From Candidatus Electrothrix sp. GW3-4 (GTDB taxonomy: Bacteria; Desulfobacterota; Desulfobulbia; Desulfobulbales; Desulfobulbaceae): a stretch of 32,000 nt of DNA. The notes under the pieces are model-generated. The model saw nothing but the letters and a program-made list of their open reading frames with translations. It was not told the DNA's origin and did no database searches. The stretch covers positions 420,001 through 452,000 of the forward strand of contig NZ_CP147990.1 in the NCBI RefSeq assembly GCF_037902255.1. The letters are read 5' to 3'. This document shows, piece by piece, positions 25,897 to 32,000 of this stretch; position 1 is the first letter of the stretch, and every line of letters starts with the position of its first letter. Position numbers and translations under genes: made by a program.

Positions 25897-26055
25897 GCAG
25901 GCAACTGTACGGGATTCGTCTGTTCTTTTCTTGACGAACCTGATGAATTCCAATAAAAATATTCAGTCTGTGCAATCAGGAAGAATGGAGAGGGTGCTCT
26001 CCCTGCATCCTTTCCCGGATACCTACAATATCATTTTTCGTCTACGAGGTCCATC

Positions 26056-26574
26056 ATGGAAGAATTGACAACATTAACCGACTATCCTTTTTTGTTCGGC
26101 CTGATTATTGGCCTGATCATAGCCGTGGTCTTCTGGTTTCGTTCCGTGCTCAAGGCGCGGCAGCTTCAGGGGGAAATCAAAAAGCTGCGTGATCATCTGC
26201 ACACCAAGTTTGAAATTGAATCTGCGGATAATGAGCGCCGTAAAGAGGAGTTGACTCAGCTCAGGCAGGAGAGGGATAATCTCCGCAATATGATTCAGGT
26301 GCTGAATCAGAAACCGAGTAAGCAGGAAATCCGTCAGACCCAGGTCTATCAAAAGGCCATCGAGACCATGTTTGAGAAATCTCCCGGCTTTGCGCCAGCT
26401 TGGCAGATCACCCTGAAAGAGGCAGAAGAAGAGATGCGCAATGCGGAAAAAGGCATTCTGCCCTTTTTTAAACGAATGACCGGTTCCTCTCCGGCCTCGT
26501 ATTCTGCGTCCTCAGCTGAAGAGAAAAAGCCCCGTAATCGGCATCTGGAGCTTGAAGATCCGGCCAACCTGTAA
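26056..26574 (+). CDS. Hypothetical membrane-anchored coiled-coil protein
   Basis: 172 aa. N-terminal TM (FLFGLIIGLIIAVVFWF) followed by a charged heptad-like helix (LQGEIKKLRDHL...EELTQLRQERDNLRNMIQ). Confidence 0.55.
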   Translation: MEELTTLTDYPFLFGLIIGLIIAVVFWFRSVLKARQLQGEIKKLRDHLHTKFEIESADNERRKEELTQLRQERDNLRNMIQVLNQKPSKQEIRQTQVYQKAIETMFEKSPGFAPAWQITLKEAEEEMRNAEKGILPFFKRMTGSSPASYSASSAEEKKPRNRHLELEDPANL

Positions 26575-26579
26575 GGAGT

Positions 26580-27371
26580 TTGTCCACCTTGTCACAACCA
26601 ATCAACACCTTGGCTGGCAGCGGTCTGATCCTGGTCCGGCCTAAGTACCCGGAAAATATCGGAGCCTCTGCTCGTATTGCCTGTAATTTTGGCATTGAGC
26701 AGCTGACAGTGGTCGCTGAGGAAGCCCCGGACCAGGAGCGAATGCTGAAGATGGCCACCCATAAGGCGGCCCACCTGATTCATGAGCTTCGCTTCCTTGA
26801 TAATACCCAGGAGGCGGCAGAGCCCTATCACTTCATTGTCGGCACAACTGCGCGGCAGGGCAAACATCGGGTCTTGGAAAAGGCCCCGCACGCAGTTATG
26901 CAGGAGTTGGCTCCCCTGGCTGCCAATCATCGTCTTGCCCTGATGTTTGGACCGGAAAACAGCGGCCTGACCAATGAGGATCTTGACCTCTGTCAGTTTA
27001 CGTCCACCATTCCCACCGCGGATTTTTCCTCGCTCAATCTGGCCCAGGCAGTTGCCATCCATTGCTATGAACTCTCTATGGCGATCAACAGGCTGGAAGA
27101 AGAAGCGGTGAACACCGATGGAGAGGGGCTTTATGCCAATTCCTATGATCTGGAGGGGATGTACGAGCATATTGAAGAGGCCCTGACCAAGATCACCTTT
27201 ATCCGCCATACCAATAAGACCTACTGGATGCGTAATATCCGTCAGTTTCTCAGTCGGACCCGGATCAAGAAGAAAGAGGCCAGTCTGATTCGCGGAGTGT
27301 GCAGAAAGTTCCTCTGGCATAGCGGGCAGGAGGATGGACAGAAGGCGCCGGAGGGAAAAGAAGGTGAGTGA
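26580..27371 (+). CDS. trmJ: SpoU/TrmH-family RNA 2'-O-methyltransferase, TrmJ-like
   Basis: 263 aa. LILVRPKYPENIGASARIACNFG, LMFGPENSGLTNEDL and IPTADFSSLNLAQAVAIHCYEL match the SPOUT motifs of TrmJ. The start may be the TTG at 26589, which has better spacing to AGGAG (26574-26578). Confidence 0.8.
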   Translation: MSTLSQPINTLAGSGLILVRPKYPENIGASARIACNFGIEQLTVVAEEAPDQERMLKMATHKAAHLIHELRFLDNTQEAAEPYHFIVGTTARQGKHRVLEKAPHAVMQELAPLAANHRLALMFGPENSGLTNEDLDLCQFTSTIPTADFSSLNLAQAVAIHCYELSMAINRLEEEAVNTDGEGLYANSYDLEGMYEHIEEALTKITFIRHTNKTYWMRNIRQFLSRTRIKKKEASLIRGVCRKFLWHSGQEDGQKAPEGKEGE

Positions 27372-28497
27372 TCCGGCAACGGTCCGCATTATTGCCTCGG
27401 AAAAATTGCCTCGGAAAAGAATCGGATTGAAGGGGAGGCGGTGCAGCAGCTTGAGCAGGTTGCTCTGCTGCCGGGCATGCAGATGGTGATCGGTCTGCCT
27501 GATCTGCATCCGGGCAAGGGCGGGCCCATCGGTGGTGCTTTTTTCAGTCAGGGAATTCTCTATCCCTACCTTATCGGCAATGATATTGGTTGCGGCATGG
27601 GGCTCTGGCAGACCGATCTCAAGCAGAGAAAGGCCAAGCGGGATCGCTGGGTGAAAAAACTGCACGGTCTGGAAGAACTCTGGGAGGGTGACCCCGCATC
27701 TTGGTTGACTGAGGAAGGGCTTGCTGCCAGTGGCTGGGATCCTGCCTTGGGCACCATCGGCGGGGGCAACCATTTTGTCGAGTTACAGACCATCTCTTCT
27801 CTTGAGGATGAAGAGGCCTTTGCCCAGGCTGATCTGGATGCCGGGAAGCTCTTTCTTCTCGTCCACAGTGGCTCCCGAGGCCTGGGGCAGCATATTCTCG
27901 GCAAACATATTGAGCAGTACAGAAATAGCGGCCTGGAAGAGGGCAGCGCCGCTGCGGAGGCGTACCTGGAACAGCATAATCATGCCCTGCAATGGGCTCG
28001 CCTGAACCGAGCAATTATTGCGGATCGCTTTCTTGCTCTGCTCGGTGCAGAAGGAGAGCGCATTCTGGATCGATGCCATAATAGCCTGCTTCCTCTTCAT
28101 CTGGATGGGCTCTCTGGCTGGGTTACACAGGAAAGGGGCCGCGCCTTCAGACGAAGGGCTGATGGTTATTCCGGGCTCTCGCGGAAGCTACTCCTACCTG
28201 GTGCAGCCCACAGGATCCCAGGAGGCGAACTGTTTTTCTTTGGCCCACGGTGCGGGCCGGAAATGGAAACGGAGTGGTGCCCGCAGCAGGCTCAAAGGCA
28301 AATATACCCGTGAGTCTTTGTTGCAGACAGGGTTCGGGAGCCGGGTGATCTGTGAAGACCGAGATCTGCTCTACGAAGAAGCGCCCCAGGCCTATAAGAA
28401 TATATCCGTTATCGTGCAGGACCTGCAGGATGCAGGTTTACTTAAGGTGATTGCCGTGCTCCAGCCCCTTATCACCTATAAGGTCAGGAAGAGATAA
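27364..28497 (+). pseudogene. rtcB: RtcB-family RNA ligase (PrfH-coupled type), disrupted by two frameshifts
   Basis: GTG at 27364 (GGAGGG upstream) gives MSDPATVRIIASEK. The 14-bp tandem duplication at 27391-27418 then shifts the frame. Homology resumes in frame 0 (IASEKNRIEGEAVQQLEQVALLPGM...GLPDLHPGKG...GGGNHFVELQ...CHNS). A second shift at about 28120-28122 (G-run) leads to LHRKGAAPSDEGLMVIPGSRGSYSYLV...SLAHGAGRKW. Confidence 0.8.
27391..27418 (+). repeat. Perfect 14-bp tandem duplication ATTGCCTCGGAAAA x2 within the rtcB 5' region
   Basis: Read directly. Removing one copy restores ...VRIIASEKNRIEGEAVQQLEQ... in a single frame. Confidence 0.9.
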
Positions 28498-29129
28498 TGG
28501 CGATCTGCTGGCTACAGATCACCTCAGGTAGAGGCCCAGAGGAATGCGCTCGGGCAGCCTTTTTCCTCCTCCGGGCCTTGTCTGATGAAGCCGCCCAAAG
28601 GGGGATCACGATCGACTGTCTTGAGATCATCCAGGGCGATCATCCCAAAACTTTGAGATCCGCTTTGCTATCGCTTGCCGGGAAGGACTGTGCCGATTTT
28701 ATCCGTTCCTGGGAAGGAACCGTCCAGTGGATCGCCCAAAGTCCCTTTCGACCCCGCCATAAGCGTAAGAACTGGTTTGTCGGGGTGCAGCAGGTCGTGC
28801 CGCCAGAAGAAAAGGAGCTCTTGAATAAGGACTTCAAGTTCGAAAGCATGCGGGCCTCTGGGCCGGGCGGTCAGCACGTCAATAAGGTGAATTCAGCCGT
28901 CCGGGTGACCCATCTGCCTACCGGGCTGACGGCAATGGCCCAGGAAGAGCGTTCCCAGCATATGAATAAGAAGCTGGCCCTGACTCGCTTACTCACCAGG
29001 ATTGAGGAGGAACAGAATGCTCGGGCAAAGCAATCCCAACAGGAACAGTGGGGGATGCATAATGAGCTGGAGCGGGGAAATCCGGTACGGGTTTTTCAAG
29101 GTGAACGGTTTCAAATGAAAAAAGGATAG
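28497..29129 (+). CDS. prfH: Peptide chain release factor H (PrfH)
   Basis: 210 aa. MAICWLQITSGRGPEEC N-terminus and GGQ motif SGPGGQHVNKVNSAVRVTHLPTG. No RF1/RF2-type codon-recognition domain. TAATG overlap with the rtcB stop. Confidence 0.9.
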   Translation: MAICWLQITSGRGPEECARAAFFLLRALSDEAAQRGITIDCLEIIQGDHPKTLRSALLSLAGKDCADFIRSWEGTVQWIAQSPFRPRHKRKNWFVGVQQVVPPEEKELLNKDFKFESMRASGPGGQHVNKVNSAVRVTHLPTGLTAMAQEERSQHMNKKLALTRLLTRIEEEQNARAKQSQQEQWGMHNELERGNPVRVFQGERFQMKKG

Positions 29130-29136
29130 CCTACAC

Positions 29137-29868
29137 ATGAATAGATTAATACTCTTGTTTTGCCTGATTCTGGTTGCCTCTTCGGTTTCGGCCCAGAAGA
29201 AGCTTCCCTGTCTCAACTTGACTGCTGTGGACAATCCATCTATTGCCTATACACAACGAGGCGATCGCTGCGAAGGGTTTTATCAATCCCCAGTCTCTGC
29301 GGAGAGCCTCAGTCTTGTCAGCCTCTTATATGGTAGGCTGGATTTTGATGGACATCATAACGATTCCATTCAGATTGTCGCGCCGCAGATCAAGACGCAA
29401 CAGGTCCATATCCAGGCAGTGGGCATTCCGCTTCGGACCTATTATCGTCTTGATGCCTGGATACAACCGGGCGAAAAATTGACATGGCCGCTGAACGTGA
29501 TCGACAAGATGCAGCTGCGACTCACTGATATTGGCCTGCTCGGACAACCTGTTGCTGAAGCGAAGTTCTATACTCCCTTGATGGTCGGGGACCAGGCTAT
29601 TGCCCCCTTAAATATGATCCTTCGTTCTTCTGTGGATGTTCAAACCCTCCTTTGGCGGCGTAGCGAGATGAATGAACGACAATGCGCTCAGCACAAAGGA
29701 GAATGGCAGAATATTGAACCTGTCTGGGGCGATTATTTTTTCAGCGGCGAGGCTATTCTACTTTCCCTGCCGGATCAGGCAGATAATTTCTGTATTGAAT
29801 TCGCAGCGCAAACCAAGGGATCAGGCTCTTGGCTCAAGCTTGCAATGGGTATCCTCCTGAAGGAATAA
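29137..29868 (+). CDS. Secreted hypothetical protein (signal peptide)
   Basis: 243 aa. MNRLILLFCLILVASSVSA/QKK is a Sec-type signal peptide. Four Cys in the mature part. Starts 7 nt after the prfH stop. Confidence 0.6.
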   Translation: MNRLILLFCLILVASSVSAQKKLPCLNLTAVDNPSIAYTQRGDRCEGFYQSPVSAESLSLVSLLYGRLDFDGHHNDSIQIVAPQIKTQQVHIQAVGIPLRTYYRLDAWIQPGEKLTWPLNVIDKMQLRLTDIGLLGQPVAEAKFYTPLMVGDQAIAPLNMILRSSVDVQTLLWRRSEMNERQCAQHKGEWQNIEPVWGDYFFSGEAILLSLPDQADNFCIEFAAQTKGSGSWLKLAMGILLKE

Positions 29869-29871
29869 CTC

Positions 29872-30987
29872 ATGCTGGCGTCTTGGATTGGACAGAAAAA
29901 ACCGGAACAGAAACAACTGGAGCAACTGGAGCAGAAACGACGGGAAAGTCTTGCCGAGGCGACACGCCTGCTCCTGGAAACCGATGAACAGGACGCAGCC
30001 GAGCGAGCCCTGCGCAAGGCAAAACTGAGTCAAGATATCCAAAGCCAGTGCATACTACATTCCAAACATCCTTTTATTTACCCCCTGTTCGCCTTGGTTT
30101 GCGGGGTTGTTGTCAGTTTTCTCTGGCTGTTTCCCCAGCCCAACCCCCGTATTCATCTTGATCTGGAAGTGGAAACAGCTGCTCTCAGGCTGGCTGAACG
30201 AAAGGACTTCAGTTGGCATGCATCTCCTGGTCTGAAAATCGACCGTCTCCTGGTGGACGGACGCTTTACCATTCATGCCCCCGGCCTTGGGTTGGACGGC
30301 TATGCTGAACGGCTGTTAACGGATGGTACCGATCTCTCTTTCAATCAATTGATAATCACGAAGGGGGCCCGGCTGGAAATAGAATGCGGCAATGACGGAA
30401 TCAGTCTGTATGTCTATGAGGGCGCAGTTCAGGGGCTGCTGGAATTACGGGACGCTAGGCTGCGTCTTCTTGGTAACAAGGGATCCGCCACTCATACGAT
30501 TCAGTCACCGGTGCCGGAATCTCTCCGCTTCAGTGCGCAGAACAACAGCGGACATCGCCTGCACCTGCGCCTACAGACCGCTCAAAACTGGCAAATCCAC
30601 GGCCTTCAGATCACGGACATGCGCTTTCAGCAGGAGGTTCCGCCTGACTCGAATAATTTTATCTCTTCTATCCGCAAAGGAACCGTTGAGTTGCCTGAGA
30701 TCAAACGGAAAGAATTCCTGCTGGATCGTGATCGGCTGCATCTTACCAAGGCGGCCAGCACCCGCCTTCGTCTTGATTTTCCGGCAAACGGGGCAGAGAG
30801 CTTCAATCTTTTGTTTCTGGGCCGAGCCGCTTCCTTGGCCGCAGGTCCAGATGATTTTGAACAGGATCTGACTCCCTCCCTGCTGACCTGGATCTACCAT
30901 CAGAAACAGCTGTATTTCTGTTGGGGGGCTCTCGTCTTTGCCTATAGTCTGCTGACCAACCTGCCTGCTCTGTTTGCTCAGCGATAA
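29872..30987 (+). CDS. Hypothetical bitopic/two-TM membrane protein
   Basis: 371 aa. Charged N-terminal coiled-coil (KKPEQKQLEQLEQKRRESL), then TM (FIYPLFALVCGVVVSFLWLF), a roughly 250-aa beta-rich region, and a C-terminal TM (LYFCWGALVFAYSLL). Starts 3 nt after the upstream stop. Confidence 0.6.
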   Translation: MLASWIGQKKPEQKQLEQLEQKRRESLAEATRLLLETDEQDAAERALRKAKLSQDIQSQCILHSKHPFIYPLFALVCGVVVSFLWLFPQPNPRIHLDLEVETAALRLAERKDFSWHASPGLKIDRLLVDGRFTIHAPGLGLDGYAERLLTDGTDLSFNQLIITKGARLEIECGNDGISLYVYEGAVQGLLELRDARLRLLGNKGSATHTIQSPVPESLRFSAQNNSGHRLHLRLQTAQNWQIHGLQITDMRFQQEVPPDSNNFISSIRKGTVELPEIKRKEFLLDRDRLHLTKAASTRLRLDFPANGAESFNLLFLGRAASLAAGPDDFEQDLTPSLLTWIYHQKQLYFCWGALVFAYSLLTNLPALFAQR

Positions 30988-31147
30988 GCCGATTGGCCCA
31001 CGCCTATACTTGTCAGAGAGGGCCGCGTTCGTTATATTTTCCCAAGGTATCCTCTTGTCTTGCGAATTGATCACAGGGAACTTATAGAAAGTAATCACCC
31101 CGTTTCTGAACCGAAGTCGCTTTTGAAAAAAATATCATCCGTCATCC

Positions 31148-32000
31148 ATGCAGCAATTCATTTCTCCTCTTACCATCCTTTTCACGCTAGCTACGCTACT
31201 CGGTTCTGCTGTATCGGCATCAGCAGCCGGTATTGGCAGAAGAATTTGTGGGCCGTATAAACCCCTTGTGGTCCAGATAACGAGCCAATTTGCCCATGGG
31301 GCGCAGGAGCACGGTTTTGGCTTTCTTGTTGGCGAACAGGATCATCGGCTCTATATCGTCACTGCCAATCATGTTGTTCGTAGCAGATACCCTGACAACC
31401 CAACCGAACAGGTCTTGCTCCGTTTTTCCTGGGATCCCGGTGGAAGAGGCAACAGGGCTGAATTGCTCGACACGGTCTATAAACCCCTGGACCTGGCCCT
31501 GCTTCGTATAGATAAGCGGACGATCATGGGCACGAGAAGGGTTGAATGGAAGGGGCGTACCTGGTGCCGTCGCTGGCAAGTGGAAGAAAAGGTGTGGTTT
31601 ATTGGGCGCGCCCAAAAATGGTACGTGCCGCCGGACCAAAGGGCAGGTATCCTTCTGCGTCCTGAGGCGGATTTGTTGGGCTTTATTCATATAGATATTG
31701 ATTCCATCCAGCCCGGTACCTCTGGCGCGCCTCTGCTCATCAAAAACGGTCTTGTAGGTATGGTCGTTAACGATTCTCCAGAGAAAGCACAGGCCGTCAA
31801 TATTGATCATATTCGCCGATTTGTTTCTGTTGAAAATCCCTATCCTTGGAACCTGGTCAAGTATGAGAGGAACGCTGAACATACTGAAGTAACATCATCG
31901 ACAACGAGCAGCCGCATAAAAGATAATGACCAACCTAATGACCAATCGCCAGCTAAGGTTAAAGGCGATACAGTTCCCCAACAGAACAAGGTGACAAAGG
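31148..32000 (+). CDS. Secreted trypsin-like (S1/Trypsin_2-type) serine protease, 3'-truncated by the window edge
   Basis: Hand-translated open frame with no stop from ATG 31148 to 32000; it is not in the ORF track. MQQFISLLTILFTLATLLGSAVSASA is a signal peptide. Catalytic triad contexts are IVTANHVV (His at 31370-31372), PLDLALLRI (Asp at 31490-31492) and QPGTSGAPLL (Ser at 31721-31723). Followed by a low-complexity S/T/N/Q/P/K tail. Confidence 0.8.
   Translation, partial: MQQFISPLTILFTLATLLGSAVSASAAGIGRRICGPYKPLVVQITSQFAHGAQEHGFGFLVGEQDHRLYIVTANHVVRSRYPDNPTEQVLLRFSWDPGGRGNRAELLDTVYKPLDLALLRIDKRTIMGTRRVEWKGRTWCRRWQVEEKVWFIGRAQKWYVPPDQRAGILLRPEADLLGFIHIDIDSIQPGTSGAPLLIKNGLVGMVVNDSPEKAQAVNIDHIRRFVSVENPYPWNLVKYERNAEHTEVTSSTTSSRIKDNDQPNDQSPAKVKGDTVPQQNKVTK

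Noticed and set aside
26592-27773. 393-aa minus-strand ORF
   Set aside because: It lies antisense to the trmJ-like gene and rtcB, both of which have clear family motifs. The ORF itself has no recognisable motif.
31220-31882. 220-aa minus-strand ORF listed in the track
   Set aside because: It is a shadow of the plus-strand S1 protease, which has a signal peptide and a His/Asp/Ser triad. The minus-strand product has no motif.

Overview
This is a bacterial chromosomal window. I recognised no rRNA, tRNA, CRISPR array, transposase or integrase. Positions 1-19702 carry about 20 genes, all on the minus strand. In coordinate order they are: a frameshifted AAA ATPase; a complete Type I R-M system (transcription order hsdM, hsdS, a small coupled ORF, a 119-nt imperfect palindrome, duplicated promoter-like repeats, hsdR); a TPR protein; a catalase-related protein; a RimB-like/RimK fusion; an orphan livM; a visibly AT-rich islet with an orphan HEPN-motif protein plus vapBC; a putP-like symporter; two AT-rich PilZ genes; an AEC transporter; a GATase1; an alpha/beta hydrolase; and decayed PhzF and ICMT/PEMT remnants. 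After a roughly 0.5 kb non-coding strand switch come aat, rel/spoT (minus strand), rnr, a trmJ-like gene and an rtcB-prfH ribosome rescue/repair pair. In that pair rtcB is broken twice (a 14-bp tandem duplication and a 1-nt indel) while prfH is intact. prfH is tightly coupled to two uncharacterised envelope proteins, followed by a signal-peptide S1 serine protease. The ORF track misses this protease because it runs off the window, and lists its minus-strand shadow ORF instead. The best candidates for something new are the HEPN islet (10.6-12.3 kb) and the prfH-linked envelope/protease trio (29.1-32.0 kb). All calls rest on motif recognition by eye; no database search or computation was possible.
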